This document shows, in pieces, positions 40,475-54,863 of a DNA stretch of 64,000 bases. Position 1 is the first letter of the stretch; each line of letters opens with the position of its first letter. Under the pieces are notes generated by a model. That model had not been told where the DNA came from. It did not search any database and saw nothing but the letters and a program-made list of their open reading frames with translations. Position numbers and translations under genes: made by a program. This DNA comes from Eledone cirrhosa (lineage: Eukaryota): positions 253,518,001 through 253,582,000 of the forward strand of contig OZ024741.1 in the NCBI GenBank assembly GCA_964016885.1. Direction: 5' to 3'.

Positions 40475-42690
40475 TTTCAGGTATTGATGAAACAGACCTC
40501 ATCATTCTAGCAGTCAACTTTAACAAGCATGTGGGACAGTACCAGGATGGAGTCAGCAGAATTCATGGCGGCTGTGGTTATGGCTCAAGGAATGAAGAGG
40601 GGCTGGAATTCTGAGATGTAAATGAATTAGCCAACCACCTGATTTCATATCAATCAGGTGAACTCAAGCCAAATTGATTACTTACTTGTTAGACAATAAG
40701 ACAAACAGACTGTCATAAAAACTAAGGCCTTACCTGGGGAAGAATGCACTGCCAAGCACAAATTAGTTATTAGTGATATCAAAATAAACAATAAGACAAG
40801 TCACAGGAAAATATGGAGACAAAGGGTATGGAAGCTAAAGGACCTCTGGGTTAAATATAGGTGTTGAAAGGCCCTACAGGATGCACTTGATGAGAGGGAT
40901 GACAAGCTGGGTACATATAATGTAGAGGACAACTAGAAATTCTTACGTGACAACCTGTTGCGAACTACTGGGAAGTCTTGCAGCTAGAGTAAAGCACCAG
41001 CCAGACAGAGAGTGACATGGTGGTCGAATAGCACAGTAGATACAGCCATTAGAACCAAGTGACAGACATGGAAAGACTGGAGAAATGGGGGTAGCAGAGA
41101 CCAGTACTAAGTAGATAAGAAAGAAGCTAGGCGACAGGTATACATAGCTCGGAGAGGGGCTGAAGAAAGTAATTTTGCCAATGTCTAGAGATGTGAGGAT
41201 CAGAAGCGTGAAGTGTTCTGTATTGCAAGGCAGTGTGTTAGTGTGAATTGAGATTTTGGAGAAAAATGTGTTAGAAATGACACTAGTACATCTAGCACCA
41301 CTAATGCCCAAAAGAAAGAGGCCTGGAAATGTTACTATGAGAGATTGATGAATGTAGAGAATGAATGGGAAGAAGAGAAACTACCCCTAACTTACCCAAA
41401 GGAAGGACCAACTATTGAAGTTGATAGTTTTAGGGTCAAAGATGAAATTAAGGAGATGAAAAATGGTAAAGCTGCAGGACTATCAGAAATAGTTGCTGAG
41501 ATGCTAAAAGCATCAGAAGTAGGAGTTAAAATAGTAATCTGTATAGTAAATCACGTAATATGTTATACCCATACGCTATACGTAATACGTTATACCCAAT
41601 GACTGGTGCAGCAGTACAATCGTAAATTGCTACAAAGGCAAAGGTGATGCTCTAGAGAGAAGCAACTATAGAGGTATAAAACTAATCGACCAAGTTATGA
41701 AAGTGACAGAAAGAGTTATAGCATAGCTAATAGATGAGATGCTGTTTGGTTTCATGCCTGGGAAAAGTACTACAGATGCCTTCTTCTTAGTGAGGCAACT
41801 ACAAGAGAAGTTCCTAGCCAAAATAAACCACTATATTTAGCTTTTGCTGATCTAGAGGTCTTTGACAGAATACCTCAATCTATTATCTGGTGGTCCTTAA
41901 GGAAATAAGGTGTAGAAGAATGACTTATGAGAGCAGCACAAGCCATGTACAGAGGCACTGGCAGTAAAGTATGAGTGGGAAATGAGTTTAATGAAGAATT
42001 CAAGATACAAGTAGGAATTCATTAAGGTTCAGTTCTTAGTCCACTGCTGTTCATCATAGTTCTTCAGGTCATAACAGAGGAGTTTAAAAGGCGCTTTTCG
42101 ATGGGAACTTTTTGATGCAGATGATTTGATCCTTATAGCTGAAATCAAAAACGAGCTAGAAAATAAATTCCAATTATTGAAACTGAATTTGGAATCAAAA
42201 GATCTGAGAGTAAACTTAGCCAAAACTAAAATGGTTGTGAGTAGGAGAAAAGACCAGACCCAGTTTCTCTCAGAGAAGTGGCCATGCTCATTATGCAGAA
42301 AAAAAGTAGGCATAAACTCCGTACAATGTACACAATGTAAATCTTGGGTACACAAAACATGTATTGAGATAACGAGTAGACTAACAGGAAGGTAGAACTT
42401 TGCTTCTAGAAGATACACAAAAGAAATCAAGAGGAAGAGTGTTAATGATATAAACCTTTTCTAGTTAGAGGAAGGATCCATAGATGTGCTTGATAGCTTC
42501 TGCTATCTAGGTGACCTAATTAGCAGTGGTGGAGGGTGCGCTGAGAGTATAATAGCTAGCATAAGGATAGGATGGTAGAAGTTTAGAGAACTATTCTGTC
42601 TGCTGACAACAAAAGGTTTCTCCCTACATACAAAAGGAAGGCTGTATGATGCCGGTGTGTGGTGCGCGATGCTGCATGGTAGTGAAAATA
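40475..42690 (+). mobile_element. Older decayed RTE LINE (APE to RT/PHD), 3'-truncated
   Basis: EGPTIEV..MKNGKAAG, KWPCSLCRKKVGINSVQCTQCKSWVHKTC; many stops. Confidence 0.88.
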
Positions 42691-43254
42691 TATCTGTGCA
42701 AAGTTTTGTTTTTAAAATACAAATTATTATGAAAGTCCAGGATTAGCTTATTTAAATAATATCCAATATCCTCAACTTAGTCAACCTTGTAACAATAACA
42801 TATATCGTTGTCTTATCAAGTGTGAGTGTGTGTTGATGTACTGACTGGTTGTTCTTTGTTTTTTCAGATAACTAACAAATCAGATGTCACTTCGTTGATA
42901 GATATATTACCCAATTTTGAACTTGGACTATTCTTTGATTAGGGCATTCTGCTGCCAGGTCTGATGCCAATTCTATAGACCCGTTGTCTGATAATTATGC
43001 CTAGGGGCAGGCATACACACACACCCCTCCAATCATATTTTCTCGATAAATATGATTCCTCTCCCTCTCCACAATTATTCTATCTCAAGTTGACCAACCA
43101 GATACACCAGATGCACACTTACATATAAACACTCATTAAGCAATATATCTACACACACGACCATGCCCTAACCATAAAAAACAAAAAACACTTATGTAAA
43201 GAGAATTTACAATTGGATAAACAATGTATGCCCTGCCCTTATATGGAGGAACCA

Positions 43255-43420
43255 CATCTCCTGATGATACAGCCATTTAACCCCAAAGCCTTCAACAATC
43301 AGTCTGGAACTCAGCCATCAGTGTCCCAACTCTTTATAATATAACAATACCCTACTTCACCAAGTATCGAGTACTCTATTGAGTAATGGTCTAACCAGTT
43401 TCAAACTGAACCCATCCTGG
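43255..43420 (+). mobile_element. Hammerhead family A copy retaining the 5' core (CUGAUGA-U-ACAGC) but deleted for GAAA
   Basis: Downstream sequence matches 7425-7530 (taaccagtttcaaactgaa). Confidence 0.62.
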
Positions 43421-43520
43421 TTTATATATATATATATATATATATTGGCAAAGAACAAACAAAAACAAGGAGTGCAGTACGAAGGGTGTTGGAATTGTAT
43501 ATATATATATATATATATAT

Positions 43521-43875
43521 GAGTTCAATTCTCGGACCGGGTGATGTGTTGTTTCCTTGAGCAAGACACTTTACTTCACATTACTCCAGTTTACTCAGCT
43601 GTAAAAATGAGATGATAGGACTGGGGTCCCTATTATTCCACTGCAACGTGGTCGTGGAGGTGCCATGGCAAAAAAACACCCAGCACTCACTGTAAATGAG
43701 GTTGGTGTTAGGAAGGGCATCCAACTGTAGAAATCAAGCCAGAATCAGACTTCCTGTATGAGCAAGACAAGGTCAGCCGACTGGACACTGCCCACAACAG
43801 GACAACCCGTCTAACCCAAGCTAGCATGGAAGAATGGACGTAAAACGGTGATGATGATGATGATGATGATGATGA
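43521..43875 (+). mobile_element. 5'-truncated tRNA-SINE with RTE-derived 3' tail
   Basis: B box gagttcaattct, ccttgagcaagacac core, then RTE 3' UTR type A and (GAT)n. Confidence 0.85.
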
Positions 43876-43937
43876 TATATATATATATATGTGTGTGTAT
43901 ATACATATATATATATATGTATATATATATATTATTT

Positions 43938-44048
43938 GTACAGATTAAAGTTTAAGAAAAGAATTTCTGTTTTCATCCTATACGTGATTTTCTGAAGATC
44001 CCGTATAAGGTGAAAACAGAAATTCTTTGCTTAAACTTTAATCTGTAG
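43938..44048. mobile_element. Fold-back element family C
   Basis: tacagattaaagtttaag...cttaaactttaatctgta, apex at ctgaagatcccg. Confidence 0.7.
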
Positions 44049-44082
44049 GAATAATAGATATTTGTTCTATGGGTTTATATTT

Positions 44083-44165
<83 letters not shown>

Positions 44166-44219
44166 CAATCCTTATAAAACCTTCTTCAGTTTTGATCTTT
44201 GTATTTATTATTACTATAA

Positions 44220-44250
<31 letters not shown>

Positions 44251-44851
44251 TATATATATATCAACTTGTAGCTAAGAATAATCAATAGACAAGTGGAAAA
44301 TAGACGTTAAATGATGATGATGATGATGATGAATAGAGAGATGGAGAGAAAAACAAGGTGAATGGGAGAGTGCGAGGGAGAGAGGAAGATGTAGATAAAC
44401 GATCTTTATAAAGTACTTAAGTATTTCAGATGCTACTTATGTATCATGGTAAATTAGCTGATATAATACCAGCATCAGAGAGGTTATCACATGCTCAGTC
44501 AGAATGAAGAGTCCTCTGAAAACTTATATCGTCTTTATTTGATTGCCAAACACTTTACAGTATTTACTGGATGCATTTTAACGCAGCACCAACACTAAAG
44601 AGATTGTCATATGCTCAGCTAGAATGAAGAGCCCTCTCAAACCTTATAATGTCTCTTTTTGATTGCCAATAGTAACTTTATTTTTCTGTGATCTTATTTC
44701 CAGTCACCCAGGTGACATTAGACACCTGATACCAAACACCAGACACAAGACACCAGGCACAGGGCTATTACGTGATTTTATGATATTGCTAAAGGATATT
44801 GGCACGGTGTGAGACTGGCTAATTGAATACATCAATATTATAAACTAGTTT

Positions 44852-46838
44852 GATCACCACTATCACCAGTACCACCACCACAACTACTAGCACCACTATC
44901 ACCGGTACCACCACCACAAATACTAGCACCACTATTACCAGTACCATCACCACAGCTACTAGCACCACTATCACCAGTACCATCACCACAGCTACTAGCA
45001 CCACTATTACCAGTACCATCACCACAGCTACTAGCACCACTATCACCAGTACCATCACCACAACTACTAGCACCACTATCACCAGTACCATCACCACAAC
45101 TACTAGCTCCACTATTACCAGTACCATCACCACAGCTACTAGCAGCACTATCACCAGTACCACCACCACAACTACTAGCGCCACTATCACCAGTACCATC
45201 ACCACAGCTACTAGCACCACTATCACCAGTACCACCACCACAACTACTAGCACCACTATCACCAGTACCACCACCACAACTACTAGCTCCACTATCACCA
45301 GTACCACCACCACAACTACTAGCTCCACTATTACCAGTACCACCACCACAACTACTAGCACCACTATCACCAGTACCGTCACCACAACTACTAGCACCAC
45401 TATCACCAGTACCACCACCACAACTACTAGCACCACTATCACCAGTACCACCACCACAACTACTAGCACCACTATCACCGGTACCACCACCACAAATACT
45501 AGCACCACTATTACCAGTACCATCACCACAGCTACTAGCACCACTATCACCAGTACCACCACCACAACTACTAGCACCACTATCACCAGTACCATCACCA
45601 CAGCTACTAGCACCACTATTACCAGTACCACCACCACAGCTACTAGCACCACTATCACCAGTACCATCACCACAACTACTAGCACCACTATCACCAGTAC
45701 CATCACCACAACTACTAGCACCACTATCACCAGTACCATCACCACAGCTACTAGCACCACTATCACCAGTACCATCACCACAACTACTAGCACCACTATC
45801 ACCAGTACCATCACCACAACTACTAGCACCACTATCACCAGTACCACCACCACAGCTACTAGCACCACTATCACCAGTACCATCACCACAGCTACTAGCA
45901 CCACTATCACCAGTACCATCACCACAGCTACTAGCACCACTATCACCAGTACCATCACCACAGCTACTAGCACCACTATCACCAGTACCATCACCACAAC
46001 TACTAGCACCACTATCACCAGTACCATCACCACAGCTACTAGCACCACTATCACCAGTACCATCACCACAACTACTAGCACCACTATCACCAGTACCATC
46101 ACCACAACTACTAGCACCACTATCACCAGTACCATCACCACAGCTACTAGCACCACTATCACCAGTACCACCACCACAACTACTAGCACCACTATCACCA
46201 GTACCATCACCACAACTACTAGCACCACTATCACCAGTACCATCACCACAGCTACTAGCACCACTATCACCAGTACCATCACCACAGCTACTAGCACCAC
46301 TATCACCAGTACCACCACCACAGCTACTAGCACCACTATCACCAGTACCATCACCACAACTACTAGCTCCACTATTACCAGTACCATCACCACAACTACT
46401 AGCACCACTATCACCAGTACCATCACCACAGCTACTAGCACCACTATCACCAGTACCATCACCACAGCTACTAGCACCACTATCACCAGTACCACCACCA
46501 CAGCTACTAGCACCACTATCACCAGTACCATCACCACAGCTACTAGCACCACTATCACCAGTACCATCACCACAGCTACTAGCACCACTATCACCAGTAC
46601 CACCACCACAACTACTAGCACCACTATCACCAGTACCACCACCACAACTACTAGCTCCACTATTACCAGTACCACCACCACAGCTACTAGCACCACTATC
46701 ACCAGTACCATCACCACAGCTACTAGCACCACTATCACCAGTACCACCACCACAGCTACTAGCACCACTATCACCAGTACCACCACCACAACTACTAGCT
46801 CCACTATTACCAGTACCATCACCACAGCTACTAGCACC
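44852..46838. repeat. 36-bp minisatellite, about 55 copies
   Basis: accactatcaccagtaccatcaccacagctactagc. Open in one plus and two minus frames. Confidence 0.95.
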
Positions 46839-47249
46839 AACAGCAACAGCACCAATAACAACAGCACCAACAACCATCACCACTACAACCATTACTACTA
46901 CAACTATCACCACAAATACTACCACTACCACCACCACCCCTATAACCACTACCACCACAACCACCACCATTATCACCATCATTACAACCACCACCAACAC
47001 TACCATCAAGAACAGCCTATCAGCCACCCACACAATAACACCATCACCACTACCACCAACATCGTTACAACCACCACGAATACCACTATTACCACCCCAC
47101 CACTATTACTTCCACCAGCAACAACAACAACACCATCATAAACCAGCCAACCAAGCACCATCATCTTCACCCCCACCACCATCACTACCATCAACAGCCA
47201 GCCCACCACCACTACCATGAATGCAAACAACAACAACAACAACAACACC

Positions 47250-48390
47250 ACCACCATTAACAGCTAGTCAACCAGGCATCATCAGCAACACCACCACCAC
47301 TAACAGCTAGTCAACCAGCCACCACCAGCAACACCACTACTACCACTGCCACCACCTCCACCACCACTACCACCACCATGAATGATAACAACAACAACAA
47401 CACCACTAACAGCTAGTCAACCAGCCACCACCAGCAACAACACCACCACCACCACCACCACCACCACCACTACTACCACTGCCACCACCTCCACCACCAC
47501 TACCACCACCATGAATGATAACAACAACAACAACACCACTAACAGCTAGTCAACCAGCCACCACCAGCAACACCACCACCACCACCACCACCACCACCAC
47601 CACCACCACCACTACCACCACCACCACTACCACCACCATGAATGATAACAACAACAACAACACCACTAACAGCTAGTCAACCAGCCACCACCAGCAACAA
47701 CACCACCACCACCACCACCACCACCACCACCACCACCACCACCACCACCACTACCACCACCACCACTACCACCACCATGAATGATAACAACAACAACAAC
47801 ACCACTAACAGCTAGTCAACCAGCCACCACCAGCAACAACAACACCACCACCACCACCACCACCACCACCACCACCACTACCACCACCATGAATGATAAC
47901 AACAACAACAACACCACTAACAGCTAGTCAACCAGCCACCACCAGCAACAACACCACCACCACCACCACCACCACCACCACTACCACCACCACCACTACC
48001 ACCACCATGAATGATAACAACAACAACACCACTAACAGCTAGTCAACCAGCCACCACCAGCAACAACACCACCACCACCACCACCACCACCACCACTACC
48101 ACCACCACCACTACCACCACCATGAATGATAACAACAACAACAACACCACTAACAGCTAGTCAACCAGCCACCATCAGCAACAACACCACCACTATTACC
48201 ACTGCCACCACCAACAACAACAACACCACCACTACTACCACTGCCACCACCACCACCACCACCACTACCACCACCATGAATGATAACAACAACAACAACA
48301 CCACTAACAGCTAGTCAACCAGCCACCATCAGCAACAACACCACCACTACTACCACTAGCAACAACAACACCACCACTACTACCACTGCC

Positions 48391-48421
<31 letters not shown>

Positions 48422-48440
48422 CTATCATCAACAGTAGCCT
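47250..48440. repeat. Variable-length minisatellite with (CAC)n/(AAC)n
   Basis: Anchor atgaatgataac..ctaacagctagtcaaccagcc repeated. Confidence 0.92.
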
Positions 48441-48485
48441 GCCAGCTACCCACCCACCCAATAACACATAACAATAGAGACTTAC

Positions 48486-48581
48486 AAAGCGGAAACCATT
48501 GAAGGGGTCCAGTTAAAGACATTTCCGTTCTCCTATCGGATCTTTCACACGCTTCAATGACTAATACCTGCTGTCTGTTAG
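48486..48581 (-). CDS. Candidate 96-nt internal exon of an unidentified host gene
   Basis: tgtgtcctgtAG|...TTT|GTAAGT, phase 1-1, single open frame (NRQQVLVIEACERSDRRTEMSLTGPLQWFPL). Unique sequence between repeats. Confidence 0.3.
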
Positions 48582-48649
48582 CTACAGGACACATGGCCAG
48601 ATGTTTGTAGGGTGGCTGTAAACACTACCAGGTACTGATGACTGTAGCT

Positions 48650-49850
48650 TAGCAACAACAGCAACAACAGCCACGATAGGCCAATGAGTGCCTTTTCTCT
48701 GTATTGCTAAATCTAGGAAGAAACAACAACACTAACAACAACAATGACAGACCAATGAGTACCTTCTCTGTATTACTAGTTCTTCTGGGAAGTGTCAACA
48801 ACAACCATAACACCAACAATGACAGATCGATGAGGACTTGCTATGTGATTGCTAGATCTTCTTGGAAGCAACAATAACAACACCAACAACAACCATGATT
48901 GACCAGAGAGTATCTTCTTTGTATTACTAGTTCTTCCAGGAAGCATCAACAACAACAATAACAGCACCAGCCATGACAGATCTATGAGGGCTTTCTTTGT
49001 GATTACAAGATCTAGGAAACAACAATAACAATAACAACAACCATGACCACCTTCTCTGTATTACTAGATCTTCTATAAAACATCATCAACAACAACAATA
49101 ACACCAACTATGGTTGATCTTTAGTGTTTTGCTAGACCCGGGGTTATTTACTCGAGTAAATACCACCGGAATCTAACTACTAAAGTTTATAAAGGAAAGA
49201 TAAGAGATTTTACTTAACACCATGTCGAGTGAGAGTTAATTTCTCAACACAAAGGTTATGATAAAAACGTAGGCAGTATCTCAGAACGAGTATCAAATTT
49301 AAATCTTCATTTTATTGTAGCTCCATGTTACAATTGTGGTTAGTAAATATTCTTCTACATATTAGGTATTCAGATCCATAATAGGTGGTTAGAGAGAAGT
49401 TAACATGCTTGTGTCCTGTGTTGTCAATCCGAAAGGAAGGCGTCAAAAGAGAGTATACCTTTGGCGTAACCATGCCTGACCCAAGGCCAGACAGCCAAAA
49501 AGGTGAAAAGAGGAAGATTGATTTTGATTGACACTATTTATATCCTTTGACTGGAAGTTACAAAGAAGGTTCTAGAATTTCGACGGGAAGTAACTCTAGT
49601 TACTTCCCTTGTCTAGAGAGCGCTACAGATCTATGAGGGCTTTCTCTGTATCATTAGATCTTCTAGGAAGCAACAATAACAGCAACAATAACGATGATGT
49701 ACCAAAGAGTACTTTCTCTGTTTTCTAGATCTTCTAGGAAGCAACAGCAACAACAACAACAACAACAACAACAATAACAACAATGATGGACCAAAGAATG
49801 CTTTCTATGTGATTGCTAGATGACAACAAACATGATAGGCTATTCAGGGC
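48650..49850. repeat. Degenerate 70-80-bp tandem repeat with (AAC)n, interrupted by a solo LTR
   Basis: tgtattactagatcttctaggaagcaacaac..atgacagatc.atgag repeated. Confidence 0.8.
49120..49627 (-). mobile_element. Solo LTR (Ty3/Gypsy-like)
   Basis: Termini tttagtg (degenerate TGTAGYG) ... cgctaca, 4-bp TSD GATC (49116-49119 and 49628-49631), minus-strand TATAAATA (near 49535) upstream of AATAAA (near 49312). Confidence 0.7.
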
Positions 49851-50249
49851 CCTCTATGCAATCGCTAAAAATAACAGCCAGTGTGCACTAAAATCTAATT
49901 TAGGCAATCTTGTGATCATTCTGTCTTTTTCTCAGTGTTACCTAGAACTACATTATCTAATGTATCCTTCCTTTTTAAAGATACCAAAGTGAGATTTAGA
50001 GGAAATTTATCATATGATACATCCTTCTTTGTATTCAACAGCCTGTACACATGGTGAGTGGCCAGCCTCCATTCCTCATGAACACAAGCTGATAAACTGT
50101 TTGGGCTGGAATATATTCTAGCCTTCCTGAAAGGTTTAGATAGGACTCACCATTAATCATACACATAAGGCAATATAACTAACCTCATAGTAGGGTAAAG
50201 GTGACAGAGAAAGAGAAGATACTGTCCATTTATAAACAAATTATTATTT

Positions 50250-50420
50250 CTAGTGTCCTTGGCCCTAGGAACATCACCCTACTCACCACCATTGGCATGG
50301 AGTTGGCTACTCACAGGTGTGAGCCTCACGAGCTGGAATGGCTCTTCCAACACATTTCCCTCATCAACCTCCAGGGAAACACCTTCTCTATTCTGTCCAC
50401 CAAGACCGCGGGACCGCCAG
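50250..50420 (+). pseudogene. C-terminal RLE fragment of a CRE-like non-LTR retrotransposon
   Basis: VLGP..ITLL..IG..LA...EP.E..WLFQHISL...QGN..SIL resembles the CRE tail motif FLFQRISVA.QRGNA..I. Confidence 0.6.
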
Positions 50421-50969
50421 CATGTGGGCTCCCATTTGCTTATAATAGTGAGAGATAGCAGCAGTGAGTGAAAGAGAGAAAACAGCAACACACATAGACA
50501 AATTATTGTAGAGTTATATAGAATTTGTTAGTTCAGAGGTGTTGAGTACTTTGTAGTAGTGGTAAGAGTTATAGAGAGTGGACACTGTAGTAGTTTAATT
50601 GTTGGTTGAAACCTAAGATCAAAGGTGTTCCATTGGTGCCCATCCAGTATCTTATTCAAGCATAGTATATCTAGGACTACACTGTCTAATGCATCCTTCC
50701 TTGTTTTGTTGTTTAGCCCCAGGTCAGTCCTGATTCAACAAACCTATGATTACAAATGTTGCAACCATGACCATCCTGTCTTTTATTCAGACATTGTTTA
50801 TTTAGAAAGACATTCTTTTTCTAAAGCAGTAGGGTGTCATTCGAGGGATATTTGCTTGGTGTTTCTAGCATATTGAAACACTGTATAGAGGTTTCCTCAG
50901 AGGTTCATTATGATGAGTCAAGGTTTTTCTATTTATTGGATAATAAAATTTGATGTGGTCAAAAGTTTG

Positions 50970-52150
50970 AGTATGTGTACATGTTTGTATGCATGGTGCA
51001 CATAATATGTATAAGTGCATATGTATATGCATACGTATGTATATATGTGTGTGTTTATGTGTTTATGTGTGTATGTGTACATGTGTGATGTGTATGTATA
51101 TCAGTGTATGTCTCACTGTTTGGATGTGTTTGTATTAGTGTGTATATATGTGTGTGTTTCTGTGTATATGTGTATATATGTGTGTGTTTATGTGTATATG
51201 TGTATATATGTGTGTGTTTATGTGTAAATGTGTATATATGTGTGTGTTTGCGCTTTTCATTGCACTAATCTAGCTTTTTCTTTCCATTTTATGCGTGTGC
51301 CTGTGTGTGTGTAAATGTATGTGTATCTGTGTTTATCTATGTACCTGTAGGTTTAAATGTATGTGTGTAATTACGTGTGTATGTCTGCTGTTTGTATTTG
51401 TGTGTATGCATATACGTATGTGTGAGTATATGTGTATGTGTGTACATATGTGTATGTCCGTGTGTGTAAACGTTCATCTGTACATATGTATATGTGTGTA
51501 TGTGTGAGTATATATGTGTATGAATGTCTATGTGTATGTCTCTGTGTGTAAATGTGCATCTGTGTATATGTATGTGTACATGTGTATGTATGAGTATATG
51601 TGAGTGTATGTGTGAGTATATATGAGTATATGTGTGTATGCATGTGTATGTCTGTGTATGTAAATGTGCATCTGTGTATATATGTATGTGTTTATGTGAG
51701 TGTATGTGTGAGTATATGTGAATATATCTGTGTATGCATGTGTATGTCTCTGTGTGTAAATTTCAATCAGTGTATATGTATATGTGAGTGTTTGAATGTG
51801 TGTATGCATGTGTATGTCTGTGTATGTAAATGTGCATCTGTGTATATATGTATGTGTTTATGTGAGTGTATGTGTGAGTATATGTGAATATATCTGTGTA
51901 TGCATGTGTATGTCTCTGTGTGTAAATTTCAATCAGTGTATATGTATATGTGAGTGTTTGAATGTGTGTATGCATGTGTATGTCTGTGTATGTAAATGTG
52001 CATCTGTGTATATATGTATGTGTTTATGTGAGTGTATGTGTGAGTATATGTGAATATATCTGTGTATGCATGTGTATGTCTCTGTGTGTAAATTTCAATC
52101 TGTGTATATGTATATGTGAGTGTTTGAATGTGTGTATGTGTGCATGTGTA
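50970..52150. repeat. (TG/TA) low-complexity tract with a 166-bp higher-order repeat (about 3 copies)
   Basis: aaatttcaatc anchor at about 51760, 51925 and 52091. Confidence 0.9.
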
Positions 52151-52499
52151 TACATGTTCTCTTCCCCCACTCTGTATGTGTATTCAGTTAGGAAGGCGAC
52201 AGCTAGTAGAGACTTGCTGATTACCGGGTTTGCAGCCATTAACTCACTTCCGTCTTCAATCTGAGCAGCGAGAACAACTTAATTATCTTTGTATTCAGAC
52301 ACAAACAAAGAACTGTCATCACTGAAATTCGATCCTGAAACCTTTTAATCGAACTTCCCTTGAAAATCTAGACCCTAAAATGCCGCCACGAAAGAATGCT
52401 TAAGTGAATCAATGATGTAGAAGTACAATGAATGCCGTGTGCAGCGGCCATTGTTAGAGAAAACGAAAATTTTAATCAATTGATTGACAGATAGCTATA

Positions 52500-54480
52500 A
52501 TGGTAGTGGTAGTGGTGGTGGTGGTGGTGGTTGTGACTGTGGAGCTTGGTGGTGGTGAAGGTGGTGGGGTTGGTGGCGTTGGTGGTAGTGGTGGTGGTGG
52601 TGGTGGTGGATTTGGTGATTGTGATGGTGTGGTTGGGGCTGATGAAGGTGGTGGTGGTGGTGGTGGTGGTGGTGGTGGTTGTGATAGTGTGGTTGGTGGT
52701 GGTGGTAGTGGTGATGACGGTGGTGGGTTAGTGATTGTGACGGTGGTGGTGGTGGTGATGACGGTGGTAGTGGTGATGATGGTGGTGGTGGTGGTGAAGT
52801 TGGTAATGGTGATGATGGTAGTGGTGGTGGTGGTGGTAGTGATTGGGGAGGTGGTGGTGGTGGTGGTGGTGGTTGTGGTTGGTTGTAGTGGTGGTGGAGG
52901 TGGTTGTGGTGGAGGTGGATGTGGTGGTGGTGGTGATAGCCGTAATGGTGGTGGTGATTGTCTGGTAGTAGTGGTGGTGATGGTGGAGGTGGGCATGGTG
53001 GTGGTGGTGGAGATTGTACTGGTAGTAGTGGTATACATTTGAGTGTATTAGTATTGAATAGTAATGGTTGTGATTGTAATCATGATGGCAGTGGAGGTGG
53101 TGGCAGGTCTGGTGGTGTTGGTGGTATTGGTGGTTGTGGTGGTGGTGATGTTGTTTTCGTGATTGTCCTCTTAGTTGATTTTGTGATTGTTCTACCTATA
53201 ATGGTTGTGGTTGTAGCGGTGGTGGTGGTGGTGGTGGTGGTTGTAGTTGTAGCCGTGGGGGTGGGGTGGGGTGGATGTAGTTCTAGAGGTGGTGGTGGTG
53301 GTTGTAGTTGTAGCAGTGGTGGTGGTGGTGGTGATGGTGGTGGTGGTTGTAGTTGTAGCGGTGGTGGTGGTGGTGATGGTGGTGGTGGTTGTAGTTGTAG
53401 CGGTGGTGGTGGTGGTGGTTGTAGTTTTAGCGGTGGTCGTGGTGGTGGTGGTGGTGGTGGTGGTTGTAGTTGTAGCGGTGGTGGTGGTGGTGGTGGTGGT
53501 TGTAGTTGTAGCGGTGGTGGTGGTGGTGGTGGTGCTGGTGGTTGTAGTCGTAGCGGTGGTGGTGGTGGTGGTGGTGGTGGTGGTTGTAGTTGTAGCGGTG
53601 GTGGTGGTGGTGGTGGTGGTGGTGGTTGTAGTTGTAGCGGTGGTGGTGGTGGTGGTGGTGCTGGTGGTTGTAGTTGTAGCGGTGGTGGTGGTGGTGGTGG
53701 TGGTGGTGGTTGTAGTTGTAGCGGTGGTGGTGGTGGTGGTGGTGGTTGTAGTTGTAGCGGTGGTGGTGGTGGTGGTGGTGGTGGTGGTGGTGGTTGTATT
53801 TGTAGCGGTGGTGGTGGTGGTGGTGGTTGTAGTTGTAGCGGCGGTGGTGGTGGTGGTGGTGGTGGTTGTATTTGTAGCGGTGGTGGTGGTGGTGGTATTT
53901 GTAGCGGTGGTGGTGGTGGTGGTGGTGGTGGTGGTGGTTGTATTTGTAGCGGTGGTGGTGGTGGTGGTGGTGCTGGTGGTTGTAGTTGTAGCGGTGGTGG
54001 TGGTGGTGGTGTAGGTGGCTTTGATAGGGGGAGGTGTTGGTGGTGGTCTTCATGATGTGACATGTAGTGGTAATCTAATGATTATGGCTATATATAGTAC
54101 TGATAAAGTGGTGAGTGTTGTTGTAGTTGTTGTTGTAATGGTGGTGGTGGTGGTGGTGGTGGTGGTGGCGGTGGTGGTCATAGTGGTATATAATGTTTTT
54201 GTTGTGGTTGTTGTAGAGATCATAGTGTTATATGGTGTTGTTGTAGTGGTTGTTGTTATTGTAGTAGTTGATGTTGTTATTGTAGTAATGATTATTGTTG
54301 TAACTGTGGTGGTGGTTGCAGTAGTCATAGTGGTATTTATTGATATTAAAGTAGTTGTTATTATGGAGGTTTTTATTGTAATGGTCATTGTAGTGTTTTT
54401 TTGTTATTGTAATGGTTCTTTAAGTTGTAGTGGTTGTTGATATTGTTGTGGTAATTGTTATTGTAGTGGTTGATGTTGTT
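52500..54480. repeat. (GGT)n low-complexity and tgtagttgtagc(ggt)n minisatellite
   Basis: Direct inspection. Confidence 0.92.
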
Positions 54481-54659
54481 ATTTCTTGTTATTAGTTCTA
54501 ACATAGCTATTTGTGTGGCAGGGAAAGTTGATTTTATTGACCCTAGTACTTTAAAGCAGGATTTGATCACAAAATGTAAAAAGTTGTATCTTTTGTCCAA
54601 CACTCTATCAATTCTGCCAATCTACCTCCCTTTTAGGGTGATTATGTAATAGTTTCTGA

Positions 54660-54844
54660 GGGCAGTGAATTGGCAGTATCAGTAGAGGGTTGGACGCCAT
54701 GCTTTCCAGCATAGTTATGTCCCTTTACGGTTTGAGTTCAAATCCCGTCGAGGTTAACTTTGCCTTTCATCCTTACGGGGTCGATAAAATAAAGTACCAG
54801 TAGTGTACTGGGTAATTGCTGGCCTTGTGCCAAAAGTAGAAACA
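54660..54844 (+). mobile_element. Nin/Deu-domain tRNA-SINE with 19-bp TSD
   Basis: TSD attatgtaatagtttctga at 54641-54659 and 54845-54863. Inserted in the tail of a minus-strand copy. Confidence 0.9.
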
Positions 54845-54863
54845 ATTATGTAATAGTTTCTGA

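Noticed and set aside
37680-48581. CABIT-domain-like resemblance of the candidate exon peptides
   Set aside because: A similar vague resemblance can be read on both strands and the spacing does not match. Not supportable without a profile search.
52958-54063. Gly/Cys-rich or poly-Pro (formin/extensin-like) ORFs
   Set aside because: A (GGT)n minisatellite open in four frames with no flanking domain or splice evidence.
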